Assembly: GCA_965213925.1 (NCBI GenBank) | Contig: OZ243927.1 | Location: 2,080,001 to 2,144,000, forward strand | Direction: 5' to 3' | DNA from: Trueperaceae bacterium | Lineage (GTDB): Bacteria > Deinococcota > Deinococci > Deinococcales > Trueperaceae | DNA: 64,000 nucleotides | Shown here: piece after piece, positions 9,306 through 18,569 of the stretch | Layout: the number at the start of each line of letters is the position of its first letter | Numbering within the stretch: position 1 is the stretch's first letter | Made by a program: the position numbers and the translations under genes | Notes under the pieces: generated by a model | Told to the model about the DNA's origin: nothing | The model's input: the letters and a program-made list of their open reading frames with translations, nothing else | Databases searched by the model: none

Positions 9306-10043
9306 TCACCCCGGTTCGAGCTTCTTGCCGCCTTGCAACTGTTCACGCAGCGCCGCCGGAAAATCCCACCCTCGCTCCGCCAAAAGCTCCGCCGCCCGGA
9401 GCGTAAAAACCCCTTGAAACCAGAGTAGATTACCGAAGTCGAGCTTCCCCCTCGGATACTCGAACGCGCCGAGGTCCGCCCGTTTGACCGTGGTCCCCGC
9501 GACTTGCAGCCGCGCCCACGCCGTGAAACGCTCCTTGACAGTATCCAAACTCGCAGCCTCGAGCGCTGCCAGAAAGAGGTACGTCGCCATGAACTCGTCT
9601 ACCCACTTCACGCGGCTACGTAAGCCAGCCCCATTCGCCGCCGCGTGCCCCCACTCATGCCCGATCAAGAGGTCTAAAAACTCGCGCACGTCCCCCGGCG
9701 CATTCTCACCCGCCTGCGCCGCCCGCACCAAGATGTCGTCCCAGCACCGCAACATCCGGGGCGGATAGTCCGCCGCCGCGACGATACTGACGCCTCCACC
9801 TTTCTGCGTGCGTGTGAAGGGCAAGCCGTAGGGGTAGCTAAAGAGCTTTTGCCAGTCGCGGCGGCTCACGATGAGGAGTTCTGTATCTGGCAGCTCGCCC
9901 AAATGCGGCGCGGCTCCCGCTTGCAGTTCGCTTAAAAACCGCCTGAGTTGCGCAGTGCGCCGCTGTGCACCTTTGGAGAAGCGGGCAGGCGGTGAGCCGG
10001 GCAGAGATTGTAAGTAGACCTTGCGGGTGTAGGGGTCACTCAC
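9306..10043 (-). CDS. Hypothetical protein with HExxH...E (gluzincin-like) motif; possibly frameshifted at both ends
   Basis: GHEWGH followed by WVDEFMATY. The probable start is GTG 10043. A plausible C-terminal continuation exists in another frame down to 9191. Confidence 0.65.
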   Translation of the reverse strand: MSDPYTRKVYLQSLPGSPPARFSKGAQRRTAQLRRFLSELQAGAAPHLGELPDTELLIVSRRDWQKLFSYPYGLPFTRTQKGGGVSIVAAADYPPRMLRCWDDILVRAAQAGENAPGDVREFLDLLIGHEWGHAAANGAGLRSRVKWVDEFMATYLFLAALEAASLDTVKERFTAWARLQVAGTTVKRADLGAFEYPRGKLDFGNLLWFQGVFTLRAAELLAERGWDFPAALREQLQGGKKLEPG

Positions 10044-10121
10044 GCTTCGGCGCGTGGTTGAGTGGGTTGCGTCATAGGCTAGTGTACCGCGAAGGGCAGA
10101 AGATTGAGTAGACAACTGAAT

Positions 10122-10213
10122 CATCATTCTGAGCGGATGTGAAGAATTTCTATGTTCACCTCCTCCAGTTGAGAAAGAGAAGAATCTTCACTAACGCTAC
10201 GTTCAGAGTGACA
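10122..10213. repeat. Degenerate REP-like inverted-repeat core (same family as the inner part of the MITE-like elements)
   Basis: TCATTCTGAGCG..TGAAGAAT ... AGAATCTTCACT..CGTTCAGAGTGACA matches the TGTCAYYCTGAGC / GCTCAGAATGACA arms in the elements at 15563, 24040 and 35381. Confidence 0.6.
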
Positions 10214-10242
10214 TCTTATTCCAACTCTACTCACCAGACCTC

Positions 10243-10301
10243 TTGACAACTCAATTACATAGGAATACTATACACTCAATTCAGTACCTAGCATTCCTAT
10301 G
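10243..10301 (+). promoter_or_regulatory. sigma70-type promoter of the padR operon with two candidate PadR operator palindromes
   Basis: TTGACA (10243-10248)-N17-TACTAT (10266-10271). Two related imperfect palindromes, TACATAG-GAATA-CTATA and TACCTAG-CATTC-CTATG, overlap the -10 element and the start codon. Confidence 0.7.
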
Positions 10302-10637
10302 GAGGCAAATGTGAACGGCAACCTGCTCAAAGGCAACTTAGACCTCATCCTCTTAGCGATTTTGGAGGACGAGCCCAAGTACGGCTTAGAGATTATCAGC
10401 GAAGCTAAGAGCCGCACGGACGGCTACTTCGAATTCAAAGAGGGCAGCCTCTATCCGGCGCTGCACCGCCTCGCCAAAGCCAATCTCGTCGCGGCGGAGT
10501 TCGCGCCCTCGGACGCAGGCGGACCGCGCCGCCGCTACTACCGTTTGACGGATGCGGGCAGCAAACGCTTGGCGGAAAAGCGCAAGGAGTGGGAGAGGTT
10601 CAACGGCGCAGTTCGGGCGCTTTGGGAGGGACGATGA
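10299..10637 (+). CDS. PadR-family transcriptional regulator
   Basis: LLKGNLDLILLAIL, YGLEI, EGSLYPALHRL and GPRRRYYRLT motifs; short 112-aa form. Confidence 0.95.
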   Translation: MEANVNGNLLKGNLDLILLAILEDEPKYGLEIISEAKSRTDGYFEFKEGSLYPALHRLAKANLVAAEFAPSDAGGPRRRYYRLTDAGSKRLAEKRKEWERFNGAVRALWEGR

Positions 10638-11830
10638 ACGAGGTGAAAGTTGAGCGGTATTTGAGGAGGGCGACGCGGGGGTTGTGGGGACGCAAGCGTG
10701 AAGAGGTCCGTGAGGAGCTAGAGGCGCATATTCAAGAGAGGGTTGTAGCGCACCGGATTACAGGACTTAGCGAGGAAAGCGCCGTAGAGCGCACGCTCAG
10801 TGAGATGGGGGAGCCGAAAGAGGTGAGAGAAGGGATGACGCGGATTTACACCTTGCCCACGCTGCTAGGTTCCGGCGCGTTCTTCACGGCAGTTTGCGCG
10901 GTTATCGCCGTAACGTTTTCGGACGGTTTGGCGCAATCTCTACCCCTCGACTACCGCTGGCCTGCGGAGATTTGTCTCGAGGCGTCCGCCCAAAGCCTAC
11001 CGGAGAAGTGTAAGACGGATGTCCCCTGGCTCAGCGTTCGAGAACTCGAAGAGAACTTAGAACCTCTAGGCGTAAGCGTAGCCGAGCAAGAGGGCGGGGT
11101 AACGCTCACCTTTCCTAATGCGCAGCCTGTACGCTTACCACCCCTCGATATCAACCCTGCGGATTACTACAACCCGAGCGGGGACACGCTCAACTCGCTC
11201 GTGCGAAGCGAGCAACTGCGGAAGGGTTACTATCCTCTTTATGAAATCCTGTTCGAGATTGCGAGCCAAGCTGATGTGCCTGTGAAGCTTAGCGGTTGGG
11301 AGGCACCCGAGCTACAAGTGGGCAATACCGCGTTTCAGCTAGGAACCGAAGCGCGGGCGCTTAAAGGAGACCTCTTTAGGTTCGGCCTTCTCTTCTGGCC
11401 TTTGGTAGAGCAGCCGTCCTTCCCGGAATTCCTCGAGTCTGTGGAGCTTATCTACACTGCTTGGGACGACGGGGACGGCTCCTCTAAGTACGACTTCGGG
11501 AGTCAGCGCTTCGAGGTCGGTGCGGAAGAGGATACCTACGGGTACTTCTTGGCGGCGTGGCTCGAGCCGACGCCGGGCGACACCATTCTCTGGTACGACG
11601 CCGTAAGAGCAAACGGCGATGGCGTCATCGACTTACGCATCCCCGACAACGTCACCTTCGTAGACCAAGTAGACGAGCAACCCGCGCTCAATACGGCTGT
11701 GCTTGTACGCCTCGAGCACACCTTTACGACATACGACGTAGCGACAGAACGTGAAGGGTATGAGGTCGCAGGCTTAGCTTACGACATCGTTTCACCCGCT
11801 CAGATTCGTGCAGCGGAGGAAGCGCAGTGA
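10634..11830 (+). CDS. Membrane-anchored protein with N-terminal 'permease prefix'/HAAS-like helical domain, paralog 1
   Basis: ATG 10634 overlaps the padR stop (ATGA) after GGGAGG. VERYLRRATRGLWGRKREEVREELEAHI...G.P.EV, one TM, then an acidic exported domain. Confidence 0.8.
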   Translation: MNEVKVERYLRRATRGLWGRKREEVREELEAHIQERVVAHRITGLSEESAVERTLSEMGEPKEVREGMTRIYTLPTLLGSGAFFTAVCAVIAVTFSDGLAQSLPLDYRWPAEICLEASAQSLPEKCKTDVPWLSVRELEENLEPLGVSVAEQEGGVTLTFPNAQPVRLPPLDINPADYYNPSGDTLNSLVRSEQLRKGYYPLYEILFEIASQADVPVKLSGWEAPELQVGNTAFQLGTEARALKGDLFRFGLLFWPLVEQPSFPEFLESVELIYTAWDDGDGSSKYDFGSQRFEVGAEEDTYGYFLAAWLEPTPGDTILWYDAVRANGDGVIDLRIPDNVTFVDQVDEQPALNTAVLVRLEHTFTTYDVATEREGYEVAGLAYDIVSPAQIRAAEEAQ

Positions 11831-13059
11831 AAGAGGTTGAGCAGTACCTGAAAAGTGCCACACGTGGACTTTGGGGGCGCAAGCATAAAGAGGTACGCGA
11901 GGAGTTAGAAGCGCATATTCAAGAGCGCGTTATGGCGCACCGAATGGCAGGACTGAATGAACAAGACGCAACCGAGCGGACGCTTAGGGAGCTTGGGCAT
12001 CCGAGAGAGGTGAGTGCAGGCATGGCAAGAATTTACGCGCTACCGACGCTTTTTGAAACGAGTCTTTTGGCTACCGCAGCTTGTGTCGTAGCAGTGACGC
12101 TTAGCTCGAGCAGCTTAGCTCAGTCCGTCGTGGGCTCCTTTTACTTTCCTTCTGAAGCGTGCATTCAGGAGATCGAGAGTGGCGCGGTTAGCCTCAGCCC
12201 TCGCGACTATTATGAGTCCGGTGCGTTTGCAGGCGACTGTGTGATCGCTGATAACTCGTTGTGGTTGAGCATAGAATCGCTCGAGCAGACCCTCGAGCCG
12301 CAGGGCGTCGAGGTCAATCATGACGGGTTTCTAACGCTCGACTTTCCGGGGGCGGACCGGGTCTTCGTCGCTTCTAGCGCAAACCATATTCGAGTGATGC
12401 GCGAAGACGGAACAGAGATTTCTGGTCAGCCCTCTTACGTTTCGCTTTGGCGTCTTCTCAGGGCAGCGTCTGAGTTGAGGAGTTTGAACGTCAGCGTGAC
12501 AGGCTGGGACAACCCAACTGTAAACATCGATGAGGTGTCGCTACAAATCGGTACGGAGCAGCAGCCGATGAAGGGAAGAGATTTTTACGACAACTACCTG
12601 AGCGCGGTTCTGTTCGGTGATGTGATCAATCCAGTTATCGGCGCAAGTTATGTAGATGTCGTCAGTCCCTATCTCGAAAAAGCTTTGAATGCTGCCAACT
12701 TCGAGGAAAATGCCCCGCTTCGCACTCTGCAGGTTAATTCTACGCAGGGTAATGCTGGCAGTTCATCAGATATCTACGGCGTCATGGTGGTACTCGATGT
12801 GTCTGGACCTCTGACTCATAGGTCTGAGAACGGCGAGCCGGGTGACGTTCCGGACATCGGGTTTTTAATGGATGTTGCTAGAGTCAACCAAGAGGGTCAG
12901 CTAGACCTGCATTTTCCAGCGGGTAATGTTCGGTTTGTCGAAACACTGTCAACAGACCCGGAGCCCGGTACGGCGGTATTAGTACGTCTTGCTGGTGGGT
13001 CGAATGAATTTCAGAGGTGGTACGAAATCGTCTCGCCTGAGCAAATCCGAGTAAATTAG
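11827..13059 (+). CDS. Membrane-anchored protein with N-terminal 'permease prefix'/HAAS-like helical domain, paralog 2
   Basis: GTGA overlap. The N-terminal ~70 aa closely match paralog 1, and the C-terminal TAVLVRL...Y.IVSP.QIR is shared. Confidence 0.8.
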   Translation: MKEVEQYLKSATRGLWGRKHKEVREELEAHIQERVMAHRMAGLNEQDATERTLRELGHPREVSAGMARIYALPTLFETSLLATAACVVAVTLSSSSLAQSVVGSFYFPSEACIQEIESGAVSLSPRDYYESGAFAGDCVIADNSLWLSIESLEQTLEPQGVEVNHDGFLTLDFPGADRVFVASSANHIRVMREDGTEISGQPSYVSLWRLLRAASELRSLNVSVTGWDNPTVNIDEVSLQIGTEQQPMKGRDFYDNYLSAVLFGDVINPVIGASYVDVVSPYLEKALNAANFEENAPLRTLQVNSTQGNAGSSSDIYGVMVVLDVSGPLTHRSENGEPGDVPDIGFLMDVARVNQEGQLDLHFPAGNVRFVETLSTDPEPGTAVLVRLAGGSNEFQRWYEIVSPEQIRVN

Positions 13060-13075
13060 TCTGACGCAAACCTCT

Positions 13076-14434
13076 TCAAAACCCCAAATACGGCGCGGGG
13101 TCATACCACACCGCGCCTTCCCCTTGGGGCGTCCCCATGCGAAACTGCAAGGTGTCGGGCGGCGTCAGCGTGCCGCCGCCTAAGTAGCCGATAATCTGCC
13201 CCTGCTCGACTCGGTCGCCTATCTGGATACTGTCGGGGAATTGCAGGTTGGAATACGCGGTGATGAGTTCGGGACCGTTCAAGATAGCAACCAAGTAACC
13301 GCTGTTCGCAGAGATGCGCCGTACGCGCCAGACGGTGCCCCCTTTGACGGCGCGAACGGCGGTGCCGGGCTGCTCGGCTTTTAGGAGAATTTGACTCGCG
13401 CCACCTTCGCTAAAGCCGCTCACGAGACCGGGGTTGGGAAAGGGCAGCGTGAATTCGCCGTCGCCGAGGTCCGTGGGCGTCTCCAAGGTGCGAATCTGGT
13501 CCTCTAGCTCCTCCGCCTCTTGGCTAAAGCGCTGCCACTCGCGCACCGCTTCCTCGGCGGCTTGGCGCTGCCGCGCCTCAGCATCCCTATTTACTTGGCG
13601 CTCGCGAGCCGCAGCTTCGCGCTCCCTGGCGGCTGCCTCGCGCCGACGCGCGAGTTCGGCGGCGCGGCGCAGTCTGGCGAGTTCTTCTTGGAGAGCGGCT
13701 TCGGCGTTGAGCAGGGTCTGTTCGATGTCGGCTTGTTCGTTCAACAAAGTCTGCTGCTGCGCGAGTTGTCCTTGGCGCGTCTCCTCGAGCTGCGCAATGA
13801 CGCCCGCTAGGTTCTCTCGTACGCCTTGCAGCGCAGTTTGGTTCTCGGCGAGCTGCGCCTCTTGCGCGTTCAGCTCTTCAATCTGCGCGCTGAGCGTGAG
13901 TTGCGCGTCTTGCAGCTCGGCGACGGTGCGGTTCATCTCTTCTATGAGCGAGACGTCTTGCTCAGTTAGCCTCGAGAGGTAGAAGCTCTTCACGCGCAAG
14001 TCGAAGATGGACTCGGACTCCGCTAAGAGGCGCGCGTAGCGTCCGCCGCGCTCTTTATGTAGATTGACGAGCAACGCTTGCAGGCGGGTCTCGAGCGTCG
14101 TCAAGCGCTCCTGCAGATCACCGATACGTCCCCTCGTCCCCTCCAAGTCCTGATTGAGCGCCGTAACGCGCTCCGTAAGCTCGGCGCGTTGCCCCTGCAG
14201 AGCATCGATTTCTGCGTTCAAGCGGTCCCGCTCGGCGAGTTGCGCGCCCAGTTCAGCGCTCGTCTCCTGCAGGGCAGCGTCGATTTCAGCTTGGGCGGCT
14301 CTACGCTCCTCTAAGAGTTGTTCGTAACTTTGAATGTCTTGCTCGAGCTGCCGAGTCTCACTATTTTGCGTCTGCGCATCCTGCGCGTGCGCGAAACTAA
14401 GGGTAAGAACGACAAGAATCCAGGCGTACCTCAT
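13076..14434 (-). CDS. envC: Murein hydrolase activator EnvC-like (coiled coil + degenerate M23 domain)
   Basis: Signal peptide (AHA-Q), long coiled coil and C-terminal M23 fold (V.AV..G.V, YSNL, GDRVEQGQIIG) lacking Zn ligands; overlaps the ftsX stop. Confidence 0.8.
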   Translation of the reverse strand: MRYAWILVVLTLSFAHAQDAQTQNSETRQLEQDIQSYEQLLEERRAAQAEIDAALQETSAELGAQLAERDRLNAEIDALQGQRAELTERVTALNQDLEGTRGRIGDLQERLTTLETRLQALLVNLHKERGGRYARLLAESESIFDLRVKSFYLSRLTEQDVSLIEEMNRTVAELQDAQLTLSAQIEELNAQEAQLAENQTALQGVRENLAGVIAQLEETRQGQLAQQQTLLNEQADIEQTLLNAEAALQEELARLRRAAELARRREAAAREREAAARERQVNRDAEARQRQAAEEAVREWQRFSQEAEELEDQIRTLETPTDLGDGEFTLPFPNPGLVSGFSEGGASQILLKAEQPGTAVRAVKGGTVWRVRRISANSGYLVAILNGPELITAYSNLQFPDSIQIGDRVEQGQIIGYLGGGTLTPPDTLQFRMGTPQGEGAVWYDPAPYLGF

Positions 14435-15291
14435 ACGTCCTCCTGTAGGTATTGCGAGACCGAAATAGCGCTGCCTGCGAGCCCCACCAAGAGCGACAGC
14501 GCGGCGAGGAGCACGGTCACTCGCAAGAGGACCAGCGGGTCGCGCTCGAGGGGAAAGAGGGGGAAATTCTCCGTCAAGAGGTCCGTGACAAAGCGGTAGC
14601 CCGGCAGCACCAGCGCGAGCGTGATAAGGGCGCTGATGAGCCCCAACAAAAACCCTTCGATGAGGAAGGGCGCGCGGATAAAGCCGCGCGTCGCGCCGAC
14701 CAAGCGCATCACTTCGATTTCATCTTTGCGGGCGGTGATCGCGGCGCGAATCGAGTTGACGATGGCGAACAAGGCGGCAGAGAGCAGCACGACGATGAGA
14801 ATGGAGCCCACCACGCGAAAGGCGTTGTTGATGGCTAGAAAGGTCTCGACCTCGTCGCTGATGGCGTCCACCTCGGCAACGCCCGGCAGCCCCCTCAGCC
14901 GCTCAGCGACGCCCTCGGTCTGCGTCGGGTCGATGAGGCGCATCCGCAGGGTGAATGGGAGCGGGTTCGCCACCGCGCCGCTCGCCTGGGCGATGTAGGG
15001 ACGCTCACGCTCGAGCGACGCCAACGCCTCCTCCGGCGGAATGAGGTCCACGGTCGCCACCTCTGACCAGGTATTGACGCGCTCCAAAATAGCGGACCGA
15101 TTCGCGCCTTCTTCTAAGTAAGCCGCCAACTCTAAGTCGCTCTGCAACTCCTGCAAGGTTAGGTTGAGGTTGAGGCTCAAGAGGCTAAAGCCCGCCAGAA
15201 TCGTCAAGGACAACGTCATCGTGGTCAGCGTCGAGACGCTGGCGATCCAGTTGTTACGCAGGGCGCGGAGGGCTTGGCTAAAGGCGTACAT
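14431..15291 (-). CDS. ftsX: Cell division permease-like protein FtsX
   Basis: Four-TM layout, NPLP and IVNSIRAAITARKDEIEVMRLVGATRGFIRAPFLIEG motifs. Confidence 0.95.
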   Translation of the reverse strand: MYAFSQALRALRNNWIASVSTLTTMTLSLTILAGFSLLSLNLNLTLQELQSDLELAAYLEEGANRSAILERVNTWSEVATVDLIPPEEALASLERERPYIAQASGAVANPLPFTLRMRLIDPTQTEGVAERLRGLPGVAEVDAISDEVETFLAINNAFRVVGSILIVVLLSAALFAIVNSIRAAITARKDEIEVMRLVGATRGFIRAPFLIEGFLLGLISALITLALVLPGYRFVTDLLTENFPLFPLERDPLVLLRVTVLLAALSLLVGLAGSAISVSQYLQEDV

Positions 15292-15562
15292 GTTAGCGCC
15301 GTCCCCATACGCAGCACTGTGGGGAGAGGGCTCGAGTTCTCAAATCCTTCTGTCTTTTCCGCTTCACTGAGACGAGTGTATCAAATCGGAGAGGTGAGTT
15401 CGCTGAGTGGGTGAAACGTTTGCCTTAACTGCTGTGTTGGGAACGTGTCTGCTAGGGCCTCTATAACAGTTGTAACCGTGGGTATAGGCCGGTTGAGCAT
15501 ACGAGTAAGTTTAAGCACAAGGAGTGGATAGCCTCTTTTCAACCTCTTGTCTAAGCTGTAAG

Positions 15563-15767
15563 TACACCGTCAACTAAAAAATGAGTGATGTCATTCTGAA
15601 CGTAACGAAGTGGAGCCCCCTTTCGGGGATGAACGATGAAAGAATCTCGTCTTCCATTCCCGACTAGCCGAGATTGCGAGTTACAGAGTTTTGGCAGTAG
15701 CCAAACGAGACCCTTACGCCTTCGGCTCAGGGTGACAACAGTGTCGCAGAATTTACTTAACAGTGTA
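15563..15767 (-). mobile_element. MITE-like element copy A (205 bp)
   Basis: Terminal inverted repeats TACACCGTCAACTAA / TTACTTAACAGTGTA with inner arms TGTCATTCTGAAC...GCTCAGGGTGACA; reverse-complement homolog of 24040-24199 and 35381-35566. Confidence 0.75.
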
Positions 15768-15952
15768 GTAAGTCAGGAGGCGAAAAGGATGAATATAACG
15801 GTATTAGGCTACCCTCTATTAGCAGCTCCAAGACATACCGAGACGAAGGGTAGCAGGTATCATCATTAAATGTGTGTGCTGCATGATGTTCTCAAAAATG
15901 AGGGTGTTGCTTCGCAAAACTACGTACACTCAAACCAGATGATACCTGCTAT

Positions 15953-16858
15953 ATGAACCTCAAAGTCACGCTCTTCCTACTTCTTCTAGCGGTCTTTTGG
16001 GGCTCGGCGTTTCCACTTATCAAGATAGGGTTAGAGGACTTCTCTCCAGGTCACTTGACGCTGATACGCTTCATCGTCGCGTCGGCGTGCTTCGCGCCGT
16101 ACCTCTACCTTACGAATAGCACCCTCTTTCCCAAACTGCGCGACGTTCCCTACTTCTTCTTGCTCGGACTCTTGGGTATCACGATTTACCACACCGCGCT
16201 AAACTTCGGCGAGCTTTACGTAACGGCGGGGGCGGCGAGCCTGATTATCGCGACGGCTCCGGCGATCAGCGCAGTTTTGGCGTACTTCATGCTCTCGGAC
16301 CGCTTGCCGTTTATGGGCTGGATAGGCACGCTCGTGTCGTTCTTCGGCGTGTTCCTCATCGTTATGGGCGAGGACGAGGGGTTGAGTTTCAATCCTTACG
16401 CGCTACTCATCCTGCTCTCCGCCATCGTGACGGCGTTTTTCGTCGTCTTGCAAAAGCCGATGCTAGGGCGCTACAAGTCCGCCGAAGTCTCCGCGTTCGC
16501 AACCTGGGCAGGGACGGTGCCGCTCTTCGTCTTCGCGCCTGGGTTTATAGGCGAGGTCAGCGCGGCGAGTACCGCGCCGCTCTTAGCCGCTATCTACATC
16601 GGCGTCTTTCCCGCCGCGATTTCCTACGCGATTTTCTCCTACGCGCTCTCCAAAGCGCCCGTTACAGTGGTGACGGCATTTCTTTACACCGTGCCCGTTT
16701 TCAGCATCTTCTTCTCCTGGCTGCTGATCGACGAAGTCCCGACCTATCTCACGCTCATCGGGGGCGTCGTAGCAATTTTAGGCATTGTGATGGTGAACTG
16801 GGCGAAGCGGCGGGTACGTTTAAGAGAGGCGCAGTACGCACCCTCGGCTGCGAGGTAG
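15953..16858 (+). CDS. EamA/DMT family transporter
   Basis: About 10 hydrophobic segments in a two-repeat layout; FWGSAF, RF, ASLII...P and PVFS motifs. Confidence 0.92.
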   Translation: MNLKVTLFLLLLAVFWGSAFPLIKIGLEDFSPGHLTLIRFIVASACFAPYLYLTNSTLFPKLRDVPYFFLLGLLGITIYHTALNFGELYVTAGAASLIIATAPAISAVLAYFMLSDRLPFMGWIGTLVSFFGVFLIVMGEDEGLSFNPYALLILLSAIVTAFFVVLQKPMLGRYKSAEVSAFATWAGTVPLFVFAPGFIGEVSAASTAPLLAAIYIGVFPAAISYAIFSYALSKAPVTVVTAFLYTVPVFSIFFSWLLIDEVPTYLTLIGGVVAILGIVMVNWAKRRVRLREAQYAPSAAR

Positions 16859-16934
16859 AAAGACAGCAATGAGAAACGAGTGAAACCCTTTAGACTCATC
16901 TCTCGGTACTCATTGCTAAGATTTGTACTCATCG

Positions 16935-17627
16935 CTAAAACAGCGAATACGCTACCGGGCGCGGCGTCCACAGTGGCTCGGCGTACTTCACCCCGATGAA
17001 GGTTCCCCAGTACGCCGCTCGCCCGCGTCTGCGCATGTATACGTCCGGCGTGACCGTCTCCGAGGCGGCTTCGCCCGTGAATTGGCTTCCGTAGCAGCGC
17101 ACCGCCTCTTCCCAGGTGTCTATGTAGTCGCTCGTGTCCACCACGAGCGTCGCCTCGAAGGGACCGTTGCCCATGTAGAAAAAGAGGTTTTTGGGCTTGT
17201 AAGGTTCACCGGACAAGGGGCTATTTTTGAGACCGGCCAGGTGAACGGCAGCGGGGACGATGTGCGCCGCCGCGACGTGGTCGGGGTGGCGGTCGTTGGC
17301 GTGTGGGGCAATCACAACGTTCGGGCGCAGTTCGCGCAGGACGCGCCCGAGCTGCAAGCGGCGGTCTTCGCTGTCCATGATGCGCGAGTCGGGCCAGCCT
17401 AAGTTGTGGCGCACGTCCAAGTTGAGAACTTTCGACGCCGCCTTGACCTCTTCGGCGCGAATCTCCGGCGTGCCCTTGGTGGCGGCTTCACCCCTCGTCA
17501 AGTCGACGATGCCCGTGCTGCGCCCCTCGGCTTTGGCGCGCGCTAGGCTGCCGCCCACGCCGAGTTCGGCGTCGTCGGGGTGAGGGCTCACCACTAAGAG
17601 GTCGAGCCCGGACGTTTGGCTAGGCAC
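16935..17627 (-). CDS. bshB1: Bacillithiol biosynthesis deacetylase BshB1 (PIG-L family)
   Basis: PHPDDAELG, DLTRGE..TKG, DRHPDH, YGSQF and GVKYAEP motifs; GTG 17627 overlaps the plsY end. Confidence 0.88.
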   Translation of the reverse strand: MPSQTSGLDLLVVSPHPDDAELGVGGSLARAKAEGRSTGIVDLTRGEAATKGTPEIRAEEVKAASKVLNLDVRHNLGWPDSRIMDSEDRRLQLGRVLRELRPNVVIAPHANDRHPDHVAAAHIVPAAVHLAGLKNSPLSGEPYKPKNLFFYMGNGPFEATLVVDTSDYIDTWEEAVRCYGSQFTGEAASETVTPDVYMRRRGRAAYWGTFIGVKYAEPLWTPRPVAYSLF

Positions 17628-18255
17628 GGCTCGAGGAAGGGTCCTTCTGCGCTTTCGTCTTCTCACCGATGCGCCGCTCGTTGCCGTTCGCTAAACGGAC
17701 GATGTTCTCCTTGTGCCGGATGACCGCGAGCGCCGCGAGTGAGGCGAGCAAGCAGAGCTGCGGCAGGCTGAACGAAGGCGTCATCACTAGGAAGAGGGGC
17801 GCGGCGACAAGACCCACCACCGAGCCGAGCGAGACGTAGCGCCCGATAACCATTGTAAAGAGTCCGACGGCTGCGGCTGCGAGGGCGGCGGCGGGCGCGA
17901 TGGCGATGCCGACGCCCAAGCTCGTGGCGATGCCTTTGCCGCCTCTCAGCCCTAAGAAGACGTTGAAGTTGTTGCCTAAAACCGCCGCGAGCCCCGCCAA
18001 GACGAGTCCCCATTCACTCAAGCTGAAGAGGTCGGCGATCAAGACCGCGAGCATCCCTTTGAGGGGGTCCGCGACGAGGACGATAAGCGCCGGGACGGTG
18101 CCCACTGCCCGCAGCACGTTCGTCGCGCCGATGTTGCCCGAACCCGTCTTCTGAATGTCCACGCCGTGAGAGCGCGCCACCCAGTATCCCGTCGGGAAGC
18201 TGCCGATGAGGTAGCCCACCACCAAACAAAGAGCAAAACTTAATGCGTCGATCAC
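17620..18255 (-). CDS. plsY: Glycerol-3-phosphate acyltransferase PlsY
   Basis: GYLIGS.P.G, GSGNIGATNVLR, D.LKG, GGKGIATS.G and HKENI.RL..G.E motifs; AGGAGG RBS. Confidence 0.96.
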   Translation of the reverse strand: MIDALSFALCLVVGYLIGSFPTGYWVARSHGVDIQKTGSGNIGATNVLRAVGTVPALIVLVADPLKGMLAVLIADLFSLSEWGLVLAGLAAVLGNNFNVFLGLRGGKGIATSLGVGIAIAPAAALAAAAVGLFTMVIGRYVSLGSVVGLVAAPLFLVMTPSFSLPQLCLLASLAALAVIRHKENIVRLANGNERRIGEKTKAQKDPSSSRA

Positions 18256-18569
18256 CAGGACCTCCTCTTGACTCTAATGTATCCTTTGCCACTCACCGCG
18301 ACCACCCCCGATAATCTGCCCTGTACTCTACTCGTAAATGCAGTTACAAGGTCAGTTATACACACCTTTGCGTAGTTCATCAGCCTATCATGTTAAGCGT
18401 GCGCGGGGCGTGGTGTCGCCGGCAGCTATACACAAGCTGTTCCCGCCATCCGCTCGCGACTTAGGCAGTAGTGTAAGGCGCGTATGCTCCACGTTGCCCT
18501 TCGACCCCTGCAAGACCCGTGTAAAACTAGGCGTCACCTCTTTTTCGTTCAGCGGGGTAGGCTAAACCC

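Noticed and set aside
10589..10633. Track start of the 413-aa ORF at 10589
   Set aside because: It lies inside padR; ATG 10634 has an RBS, overlaps the stop and aligns with the paralog start.
13076..13450. M23 domain lacking Zn ligands, considered as a broken peptidase
   Set aside because: Degeneracy is the expected state of EnvC-type activators beside ftsX.
15636..15869. 77-aa ORF in the ftsX-eamA gap (and similar short ORFs near 24008 and 35556)
   Set aside because: They overlap MITE-like repeats or are antisense to real genes, with no coding signal.
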